A DNA stretch of 64,000 bases from Diplonema japonicum (lineage: Eukaryota; Protista; Euglenozoa: Diplonemea), in the NCBI GenBank assembly GCA_964019335.1, contig OZ025669.1:310001-374000 (forward strand), read 5' to 3'. How positions within the stretch are numbered: the stretch's first letter is position 1; each line of letters begins with the position of its first letter. Shown piece after piece: positions 55,474-64,000 of the stretch. The position numbers and the translations under genes are program-made. A model generated the notes under the pieces. That model was given only the letters and a program-made list of their open reading frames with translations. It was not told where the DNA came from and searched no databases.

Positions 55474-56205
55474 GGCTAGTTCCGTCTTTCGAAAGCATAG
55501 AACAGGAATGACTTATTGTCCAGTACGCCTTTTTGTTTTCCCCAGAAAAGGATTTTCTTTAGTCTACCCATTCCATTTCGTCCTATCAGTTCAAATAGCA
55601 AAAAAAAAAAAGAGAAAGAATCAAAAAAAGGGGGGTAAGGGAGTCCTTGCAAAAAAGAGAAAAAAATGTGGCCGAGGAGAGATTCTTTCCGTCCAAAAAA
55701 AAGGGGGGGGGTAAATCCGCAAAAACAAAAAACAAAACAAAACAAAACAAAAGGTCCTATCCACCCCCCTCGACCGCAATCCGTTTTAGCTGCTATTTTG
55801 TCTAATTTGTTTATTCCCGAAAGCAAGAGTAAAGAAAAAAAAAAGGGGGGGAGTGAAGAAATGAAAGAGAGCCCTCCTCTCTCTGTAAAGCAGCCTCCTG
55901 AAAAGGTGTGCCCCTGTGTCAGGCAGAAAAATTAAGAGAGAGAGGGTGCTTCTTTTTCATTTATCTCCTTTTTTTTTTTGGGGAGTGTGCTTAGGTTTAG
56001 GTTTAGCGCTGTTTCACCCATTTCTGTCGACAATTTCTTTTTTTTTTCTTTTTCTGAAAAAAAGTTTTCTCCGTGAAAGGAGGGAAAAAAAAGAGACGGG
56101 ACCCAAAAAAAAAAAAAATAGGATAGGAAAAGAAAAAAAAAAAGAAATCACTTCACTCGCATTTTTTTTTTTTTTTTTTTTTTTTTGCTCCTCTGCCCCC
56201 TCTCG

Positions 56206-56236
<31 letters not shown>

Positions 56237-56434
56237 CTTTCGAATTTCTTTCAAAAAAAAAAAAAAAAAAGATAAAAAGTAAATTTCAAAAAAAAAATGA
56301 GGTGAAAAAAAAAAAAAAATGGTCCCAAGACCATCCAGCCTTTGGGTAAGAAAAAAATATTTAAAAAAAAAAAAAAGAGAGAAAACAAAAAAAAAAAAAG
56401 ATTTGAGCAAAAAAAAAAAAAAAAAAAAACCACC

Positions 56435-57143
56435 TCACAAACTGCAGCAAGACGTGGGCACCTCCCGCTTGCTGTTCTTTTCGCACTTGTTAAGCAAATC
56501 ATTGTACCACTGCGTCCGGCCGCAGTCCTCAAGTGCGGCGATAGTACAATCGAGGTTGTCCCTGTTTTTTATTTCATTTTTTTTCCCCCCAAAAATGTGC
56601 ATACATGTTCCTCAAGACCCCAAAGAGAGCAAGCTCGGACGCCGAAGGGTTGCGGTTCTTTCCAATCATCTTGAAGGCTTCCTTCAACGCAGGCACCAGC
56701 AGCTCCGCATCGGCTGCTTCTCCCATTTTCCTGGGGAAAAGCATCTTTGCGATGGGGCGGAACATCGGCAGGGCAATCTTTTTTTTTTTAATTTTTTTTT
56801 TTTTTTTACTACAAACCTTGTAAATCGTTCCGTACTTCCCCCCCACTTTTGACGCGCTGTCGTTGTCGTTGAGGATGGACATCAGAGCGGCCGGGGCGAC
56901 TTTCTCGTCGACAACTGCCATCACCTTTTCGTCATTGGAGCTGAACCCCGCTGAGAACATCGAGTTCTTATCCTTCGCAAGAATTCTGATGATGTCGCTG
57001 GAGTCGTTCACCTGCGAACCTTTAACAAAGGCAACAGGGACAAGCTTGTAATCCTTCGAGAAGTACAGCTCCGGCTTCAACAGCATGTTGACTGTGACCT
57101 CCGTGTAGGGGATGCCATGGTAGTCCATGTATGAGGTTACCTA

Positions 57144-57174
<31 letters not shown>

Positions 57175-57375
57175 GAAAAAAAAAAATAAAAACACCTTGT
57201 GTGCGAAAGGGGAGGTAGGGAAGGTGTACACTCCAACCTTGCCTTTTTTTGTTTCCTCCACCAACTCTTCGTGGGCGTGGTGCGTCGCCTCCATGGACTT
57301 CACCCCGTACACATACCCACCTACAGGGGACACCACCACAGCCGCCTGCAGCATCTTTTTAAAAATCCCTTTCAT
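56435..57375 (-). CDS. Glutaredoxin/GST-fold protein, prostaglandin E synthase 2-like (3 introns)
   Basis: YTFPTSPFAHK|VTSYMDYHGIPYTEVTVN...YKLVPV...QVNDSSDII, SELALFGVLR. Introns 57141..57195, 56778..56816, 56562..56604. Ends PTSCCSL. Confidence 0.82.
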
Positions 57376-57766
57376 TTTTTTTTTTTTTTTAAAGTTTGTG
57401 TGTGTCTGTGTGTCATTTTTTTTTTTTCTTTTTTGTATTTGTTCACGAGGCGAAAAAGAAGAAAAAGACAAACTTGACATTTAAGGTTTGCGTTTTAAAC
57501 AAGAAAAAAAAAAGAAAAAAAAAAAGAAACATAAATACAAAAAAAAAAATAGAGAGGGGGCGGCGGGGAAAAAAGAAATGGGAGAAATAAGGGAAAAAAA
57601 AAAAAAAAAAGCTACACACAAAACAAAAAAAAAGGAAGGTGTGGGAAAATACACCCCTCCCCCCCATCCCCCCCATCCCACCATGGCGCCAAATAAAAAA
57701 CTCAAAAAAAAAAAAAAAAAAAAAAAAAACCGTGTACAGATTACTTTTTTTGTCCATCCCCCACAT

Positions 57767-60700
57767 TTAAATCAGCCTCCTCGACCTTGACTTGTGTGGG
57801 GCAGGCTGAGCGATGTACGTGGTGACGGGAGTGGACTTCACACGTCCAGTAAAGATCGGGTGTTTGGCCATGTGTATGCTCTTGACAGCAGAAGGCTCGC
57901 TAGTGGGAGGTTTTGCTACAACGCACTGTTTTGCAGGAGGAGACGGGTCACGCTGGTAGGTGGGAGGGGCAGAAGAACCTCTTCGCGGGGTAGTGACAGG
58001 AGTAGGTTCAAAGGTGACACTTTTCTTACTGCTGGGCAGTTCGCCAGTAAGGGCCATAAGTTCAGATTGGAGCTTCATCACTTTCTTTCTTTCTATTTTA
58101 AGGAGAAGGCCTTCGCTGTCGATCGTCTTGTCATCTTTAATCGTTTTTTCCAACGCTTTTACCTTTCTCTTCAGACCGCGAACCTCTAGGCTGTTCTCAA
58201 GTGTTTCCTCTTTCAACCTCTCCTCCAGTTCACTCACTTGTCTCTTCAAACTGAGTTTTTCCATTTTGGTTTTGTTTTCCATATCCGCCACCTGCTGCTG
58301 CATGTCGCTTCCGCCATCGATTGCTGCTGCTAGCTGGTTTCTTAGAACATCTTCTACTTCCCTAGCCTTTTCCAGCATAATATGTTCCTTGTTGTTCTTA
58401 GAGCCCTCAACTTGTTTCTTAAACAATCTCAGTTCTCGCTCTGCTTTCTTCAGTGCTGCGTCACTCGCCTTGCATTCACTTTTTAAGCGTGTTTCGCTTG
58501 CCTTACTTTTCTTCAGTTTAGAATCCAACTCTTCCGCCTCTTTGATGATCTCGTCCATCTGTTCCTTCATGCTGGTATCTTCAGGGCTGTCAAGTTGTTT
58601 CTTCAATGCTTTCAGTTCAGCTTCAGTTTTCTTCAATTTAGAATACAACTCTTCCGCCTCTTTGATGATCTCAGCCATTTGTTCCTTCATGCCATCATCT
58701 TTCGAACTGTCTAACTGCTTCTTCAAAAGCGTTTCATTTGTCTTGCTTGCCTTCAGCTGCGCTTCGGTTTTCTTCAATTTAGAATCCAGCTCTTCCGCCT
58801 CTTTGATGATCTCAGCCATTTGTTCCTTCATGCCATCATCTTTCGGACTATCAAGTTGTTTCTTCAAAAGCGCTTCACTTGTCTTGCTTGCCTTCAGCTG
58901 AGCTTCGGTTTTCTTTAGTTTAGAATCTAACTCTTCCGCCTCTTTGATGATCTCATCCATTTGTTCCCTCATGCCATCATCTTTCGAACTGTCTAGCTGC
59001 TTCTTCAAAAGCGCTTCATTTGTCTTGCTTGCCTTCAGCTGAGCTTCGGTTTTCTTCAATTTAGAATCTAACTCTTCCGCCTCTTTGATGATCTCAGCCA
59101 TTTGTTCCTTCATGCCATCATCTTTCGAACTGTCTAGCTGCTTCTTCAAAAGCGTTTCATTTGTCTTGCTTGCCTTCAGCTGCGCTTCGGTTTTCTTCAA
59201 TTTAGAATCCAACTCTTCCGCCTCTTTGACGATCTCAGCTATTTGTTCCTTCATGCCATCGTCTTTCGGACTCTCAAGTTGCTTCTTCCAGGCTGCTTCG
59301 CTTGTATTCAGCTCGTGTTCAGCTTTCTTCAATTTGGAATCCAGCTTTTCAACTTCCTTTGCTTGCTGAGCGGCCTGCTTGATCGTTTCCTGCATTACGC
59401 CATCCTTAGCTTCCAGCTGCTCTCTCAGTGCTGTCTCGCTTGCTCTGCTTGCCTTTAACTCCTTCTCAGTTGCTGTGAGCTTTATATCCAGCTCCTCAGC
59501 CTCTTTGATGACTTCGTCCATTTGCTCTTTCATGCCGTCCTTCGCTGCGCTCCTTTCTAACCCTTCCAGCTGCCTCTTCAAAGCTACTTCCCGTTTGTTG
59601 GCGGACTTCAGTTTTGCGTCCAGCTCCTCAGCCTCTTTGATGATTTCATCCATTTGTTCCTTCATGCTGCCCTTCTCCGCGAGCTGCTGCCGCAGCGCTG
59701 CTTCATCTGCCTTGCTCGCGTTCATCGCTGATTGAAGTGCGGCTTCCTTCTCACGCATATGACTGAGCTCTTTTTCAGAATCTTTCAACTTGGTATCCAA
59801 ATCCTCCGCTTCTTTGATAATCTCGTCCATTTGCTCCTTAATGCCGTCATCTTTTGGACTCTCGAGCTGCTTTGTCAGGGCTGCATTGCGTGCCTGGCTT
59901 TCTTGCAACTGTTGCTGCACTTCGTTGAGTCGTGTGTCGAGTTCCGCAACGTCGCGCATCTGTTGCTTCATGGCATCCTCACTGCTGGCAAGGTGCTTCT
60001 TCAGCTTCATGTCCTTCTGCGTTGCTTCTTTGAGTTCTGCTTTCAAGTCGGACGCTTCCTTCCTTGAGCTGGCCTCTGCCTGTTTGAGCTGCTGCAGCTC
60101 TTGGGATAGAGTAGCGACAGTGGCCTGCAGTTCCTCGTCTTTCTTCTGTCCCTGCCCCTGCATGGCCGTGAAGTCGGCCAGCATGGCGTCAAGAACCTCC
60201 ACCTTCTCCTGCGCCTGTTCCATACGCTGCGTCTTGGACTCCAGCTCCTTCATGATGCTCTGCAGTTGGTTGTTCAGCTCCTGCTCCTTTGAGCAGGATG
60301 CTTCCATTTGTTTAGCGAGTTCCGCGAGTTCGTTGGTGCTTTTGGTTAGAGCTGCTTCTGCCTGTTGATGGCTCTGTAGAAGACTGTTGTACTTTGCAGT
60401 GGAATCGATTCCATCGGCTTCCGACTTCTCCAAAGCCTTTGCGTAGGATGCTTCGCAAGCTGCCAGTGCTGCCTCTGTCTTCTGGTGGCTTTGGGAGAGG
60501 GTGTCGAGCTTTGCGATGGTGTCTGCCTGTTTAGCCAAAGAGGCCTCTAGGTCATGTTTGTAAGATGCCTCCGAAGTTGCCAGCGCAGCAAGCATGTCGT
60601 CCAGGGAGGACGTCTCCTTACGGTGCTCGGCCTCCTTCTCGCAGAGTTGCGTGGTTATCTTCATGAGGGATGCACGGAGTGCGGTGGTTTCCTCTTCGAG

Positions 60701-61072
60701 CGATGTGATAGTTTGGAGGAGTGCCTGCTCGTTGTTGCTGCTTGCTGCAGGAACGGGGGTGGGGGCAGGTGTTGGGGCAGGAGCTGATGGAGGTGGAGGT
60801 ACTGCTTGCTCTTGTTCGTCGTCCTCTTCCTTTTCTGCACCGCACATCTCACACTTGCTAGCAGAATCGTTGTTGGCAAGAAAACACGAAGGGCACTCCC
60901 ACTGGTCGCTCCGTAGAGAGTCACCCGACATGCTCTCGTCTCCTCCGCCTGCATTCCCGTCCCCTTCTGCTGCCTCGCTCTTTGGCCGTTCCTCGTCACA
61001 CATTTCGCACACATCCGCGTCAGCCTCGTTTTCATAGCAGCAGCTGGGGCATTCCCACTCCGTCTGCACCAT
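57767..61072 (-). CDS. Two RanBP2-type zinc fingers + long repetitive coiled coil
   Basis: WECPSCCYENEADADVCEMC and WECPSCFLANNDSASKCEMC; start trimmed to MVQTE at 61072. Confidence 0.82.
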   Translation of the reverse strand: MVQTEWECPSCCYENEADADVCEMCDEERPKSEAAEGDGNAGGGDESMSGDSLRSDQWECPSCFLANNDSASKCEMCGAEKEEDDEQEQAVPPPPSAPAPTPAPTPVPAASSNNEQALLQTITSLEEETTALRASLMKITTQLCEKEAEHRKETSSLDDMLAALATSEASYKHDLEASLAKQADTIAKLDTLSQSHQKTEAALAACEASYAKALEKSEADGIDSTAKYNSLLQSHQQAEAALTKSTNELAELAKQMEASCSKEQELNNQLQSIMKELESKTQRMEQAQEKVEVLDAMLADFTAMQGQGQKKDEELQATVATLSQELQQLKQAEASSRKEASDLKAELKEATQKDMKLKKHLASSEDAMKQQMRDVAELDTRLNEVQQQLQESQARNAALTKQLESPKDDGIKEQMDEIIKEAEDLDTKLKDSEKELSHMREKEAALQSAMNASKADEAALRQQLAEKGSMKEQMDEIIKEAEELDAKLKSANKREVALKRQLEGLERSAAKDGMKEQMDEVIKEAEELDIKLTATEKELKASRASETALREQLEAKDGVMQETIKQAAQQAKEVEKLDSKLKKAEHELNTSEAAWKKQLESPKDDGMKEQIAEIVKEAEELDSKLKKTEAQLKASKTNETLLKKQLDSSKDDGMKEQMAEIIKEAEELDSKLKKTEAQLKASKTNEALLKKQLDSSKDDGMREQMDEIIKEAEELDSKLKKTEAQLKASKTSEALLKKQLDSPKDDGMKEQMAEIIKEAEELDSKLKKTEAQLKASKTNETLLKKQLDSSKDDGMKEQMAEIIKEAEELYSKLKKTEAELKALKKQLDSPEDTSMKEQMDEIIKEAEELDSKLKKSKASETRLKSECKASDAALKKAERELRLFKKQVEGSKNNKEHIMLEKAREVEDVLRNQLAAAIDGGSDMQQQVADMENKTKMEKLSLKRQVSELEERLKEETLENSLEVRGLKRKVKALEKTIKDDKTIDSEGLLLKIERKKVMKLQSELMALTGELPSSKKSVTFEPTPVTTPRRGSSAPPTYQRDPSPPAKQCVVAKPPTSEPSAVKSIHMAKHPIFTGRVKSTPVTTYIAQPAPHKSRSRRLI
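58550..59290 (-). repeat. 141-bp (47-aa) coding tandem repeat, about 5 near-identical copies
   Basis: catgccatc recurs at 58688, 58829, 58970, 59111 and 59252; unit KDDGMKEQMAEIIKEAEELDSKLKKTEAQLKASKTNETLLKKQLDSS. Confidence 0.92.
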
Positions 61073-61549
61073 GCCGCCGTCGACGATACTGTGTGGGGTG
61101 AAGGAGCGGATACAAACTAAAGATGTGAAACAAAAAAGAAAAAACAGATTTTTTTTTTTTTCTACTGCAGGGATACCCCAGAAAAGAAGAAGCGAAAAAA
61201 AAGAAGAAAAAAGGGGGAAGGGGACAAAAGATTCAAGAAACGTGGTCCTGTCACCAATTTTCGCGGTCGCGTCCTGTTTTGCCATCGGAGTGCGCTGGAT
61301 AGGGGGGGAGGGAAAGGCAAAAATAAATAAATAACGATATCGCTAATTCTCCTTAAAAAGGTAAGGACGAGAATCTCTCATTCTTTTTTCCGCTGGGGGA
61401 AAAAAAAAAAAAAAAAAAAATCTTCAGACGGGGAAGGGTGTAAAACAAACAAACTGTATGTGATAAAATGCCTCGTGTCGGTGCGACGCATTAAACAGGG
61501 AGGGAGGGGATAAGGGTGGCATGCATGTATAAGCTCTTCACCCACAGTT

Positions 61550-62047
61550 TTACAGTTCGTCCTCCGAATCGTCTGAATCATCGATGGCGTTGAGGTCCTC
61601 ATCATCGAGAAGGTAGGTGACCTCTTCCCGGAGCTCGGGGAAGGCTGCTCGGAGGTAGAGGGCAATGGTGTAGACAGCGGAGTTCTCCTCTGCGTCGAGA
61701 CTGCGCCTGATGGGCCAGAGCTTGAAAACCTCACGCTTGAGGTCAACGATGGTCATTTGGTAGGCTTTCATCTCCGCCTCCTTTGATAGATCATTGCCAC
61801 GGTAGGTGTCGAGTTTTTCGTTTATGTTCATTGCGATCCTAAGCCCGACTTTCACCGAGTCGGCGTCTGCTAGCTTGCTCCCCGTGTGCTCCCCGTACCC
61901 TTGCCTGAGCCCCATAACCATCACCTCCGTCATCTGCGTTGCCAGCCTCTCCATGAACTTCCCGTCATGTATTTGAGACTCTGGTTTACTGTGTTCCCTT
62001 GCGGCACCAACCACCGCAACACAGCATAATGCAAAAACACCTCGAAA

Positions 62048-62050
<3 letters not shown>
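61550..62050 (-). CDS. Small ER-lumen protein (signal peptide, C-terminal EDEL)
   Basis: MFRGVFALCCVAVVGAA leader; ends DDSDDSEDEL-stop. Confidence 0.78.
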
Positions 62051-62078
<28 letters not shown>

Positions 62079-62237
62079 CCCCCCTTAAGAACCTTAGCAG
62101 GGGTAATGAACCAAGAAGAAAAAAAAAAAACTTTTTTGGTCGTCAGTTTGATTGAGATGCGAAACAATGTGGGGAGGGGGGTCGTAAAAATATAAAAAAA
62201 AAATTCTTTTTCCCACCTTTCCAGCTTTTTTCTTTTT

Positions 62238-62801
62238 TTATCCTGCTTTGTTTTCAGGGTTGAATTTGCAGTCCTTCTCAGCATGCGCCATTGTCCCGCA
62301 CAGGAAGCAGCCCTGCCCGTTGGGCTGTACAATGGGGTCGCCTGCTGACACGCTTTCTTCTACAGGGGGTGCTATTTTCACGTTTTCAAACTGTTTTTCC
62401 AAGTCCTTTCGTTTCTCCACTTTAATGTCGTCCAGAATTATGCTCTGCAGCTCCTGAATTTTGAAGAACATGATATCCTCGAAGAGTTGCAGCTGTGTGG
62501 ATGTTTTTTTTTTTCTTTTTTTTCCCTTCTTTTTTCTTGTTCCCCTACCTTCGATGCCCCATCCAACTCCTCCATCTCAATTGAGAACCTGCCTTTCCGC
62601 AAAAACGCTAGCAACGGTCCAAAAAACTGAGGGTCTCGGTCTAATGATATTTCTTTGCATTTCGGATCCTTTTCCAACACCTCCTTGAAGTACCCGCTCC
62701 TTTTTTTTTTTTTTTTTTCTTCCCTCCCCATACTTCATTAATATTTCTTTCGGGGACTGGTACTTCCTCCCACTAATTTCCACCACGACAAGAGATGACA
62801 T
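62238..62801 (-). CDS. KCTD-type BTB/POZ protein with CCHC zinc knuckle (2 introns)
   Basis: VVVEISGRKYQS...K|SGYF...LDRDPQFFGPLLAFLRKG...FFKIQEL; CFLCGTMAHAEKDC. Introns 62700..62733 and 62493..62548. Confidence 0.85.
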
Positions 62802-63032
62802 TATTTTTTTTTTCTTCTCTCTCTCTCCTTCCCCCCCTTTTTTTTTTCCTTCTCTTTTTCCTGGATTATTAAAAAATCGAAAAAAAAAGACAAAAAAAAA
62901 AAGAGAGAAAAAAAAAAAAAAGTGTAATTAAAAAAAAAGGGGGGGAAGGGGTGGTGGTGTAATCTCCCCCCCTCCCCCATGTTTATAACGTATGTAGTCT
63001 CCTCCGTTCCCCCAAAAAAAAAATTTTTTTTT

Positions 63033-64000
63033 TTAATCCGATTTTTTGTCGTTCTGTTCCTGTTCCTCTTCGGGCATTCGAAGAGGCCGCCCCTTCCACG
63101 TCCAACCTATCCCAGTGACGCCCTTCAGCATGGATGTTACTGCAATAAAAACCAACCCCAACGCTCCTACAGGATGCATCCACCATAGAGATGAAGAAAT
63201 CCTCCCATCCTCCTCGAGCTGCGACCTGATGGAGTACTGCGTGTAGGTACAGTACAGAAACGAGACAATGGGAAAAGTCGACGCTGGGGACGCAAGCATA
63301 ATACCCCAGACAAGAGATGTTACAGGTAGACCAAAGGCGAGGATGTTTAATATTGAAACGGCTATTACTGATAAAATAGATTGGTCGAATGCTAAAAAGA
63401 TGTTCTTGGTGTACCCTTCAAAGAGCTCTTTCGTAGTGTTGTACATTTGAATCTCCGCGACAGATGTAAAGTCGTAGAATCTCACGGTGCCCTTCGCAGC
63501 GCACTTCACAAAGTACCCCAGCATCACATCTTCCACAACATGATCGCGGACACCTTTGACAGAATGCCCGCCGAATGCTTCATAACTGCTTCGTTTAAAT
63601 ATCATTATGTGCCCTGCGGCAGAAGCAACCTCCTGTTCATCATCGTTGCACACAGAGTGATCGTTATTGAGGACAAGGTTCATGATGATGAGAGGTTGTA
63701 TAAGTTTCTCTGCGGCGCATTTGCATGAGAATGAAACATCGCCTGAAAGAAGGTCGCAGTCTTCGTTTATGGCGGTTTGGACAGCTTGTTGCAGGCCGTT
63801 TGGTTTTAGTTTGACGTCGGCGTCGAGAAAGCAAATGTGGGTTCCGGTGGCGGTTTTTGAAGCTTGGTAGACTGCCCAACATTTTCCCAACCAGACCTCG
63901 TTTTCAGGTCGGGGGCCTGCCGACATCACGGTCAGCTTGTTTCCGTTTTTGTGTGTTTCTTTAACAGATGTTGCTATCTTGACAGTTTGATCCTTTGACA
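63033..64000 (-). CDS. Membrane GT2 glycosyltransferase, CrtQ/CruC/HpnB-like (5'-partial)
   Basis: WLGKCWA, CFLDADV, HVVEDVML, MY...EGYTKN, C-terminal TM segments and WKGR; frame open to the window end. Confidence 0.85.
   Translation of the reverse strand, partial: SKDQTVKIATSVKETHKNGNKLTVMSAGPRPENEVWLGKCWAVYQASKTATGTHICFLDADVKLKPNGLQQAVQTAINEDCDLLSGDVSFSCKCAAEKLIQPLIIMNLVLNNDHSVCNDDEQEVASAAGHIMIFKRSSYEAFGGHSVKGVRDHVVEDVMLGYFVKCAAKGTVRFYDFTSVAEIQMYNTTKELFEGYTKNIFLAFDQSILSVIAVSILNILAFGLPVTSLVWGIMLASPASTFPIVSFLYCTYTQYSIRSQLEEDGRISSSLWWMHPVGALGLVFIAVTSMLKGVTGIGWTWKGRPLRMPEEEQEQNDKKSD

Noticed and set aside
58550-59290. Possible CRISPR-like array
   Set aside because: Contiguous in-frame coding repeats with no unique spacers; eukaryotic context
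61073-61285. N-terminal extensions given by the ORF track (also for 6214, 7179, 32986, 43474, 61550)
   Set aside because: They run through homopolymer UTR sequence; downstream ATGs mark the start of protein-like sequence
1-64000. Alternative genetic code
   Set aside because: Conserved proteins translate cleanly with the standard code once introns are removed; TAA, TAG and TGA all serve as stops

Overview
Eukaryotic (protist, probably euglenozoan/diplonemid-like by inference) nuclear DNA. I can support 27 host protein genes, and all lie on the minus strand with no strand switch in 64 kb. Intergenic DNA is dominated by long A/T and G/C homopolymers. At least 23 short (32-76 nt) GT-AG introns can be placed by reading-frame restoration, and about two thirds carry a poly(A)/purine tract where a polypyrimidine tract is expected. 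Recognisable genes: GINS PSF2, coatomer beta-prime (8 introns), 2-oxoglutarate dehydrogenase E2, CFAP161, an RWD-RBR E3 ligase, WW, EF-hand, CCCH, BTB, RanBP2-ZnF, PDZ+cold-shock proteins (the last missed by the ORF track) and a bacterial-type GT2. A compact intronless trio of bacterial-style enzymes at 34.5-38.5 kb (histidine phosphatase, KMO-like flavin monooxygenase, signal-peptide-bearing VOC + fold-III PLP fusion) looks like a small metabolic cluster. Mobile DNA: two piggyBac elements with TIRs and TTAA, a hAT derivative, a TA-flanked TIR element and a probable LINE remnant; there is also an isolated LSU rRNA fragment. All calls are by eye, without database searches, and homopolymer lengths may be affected by sequencing error.
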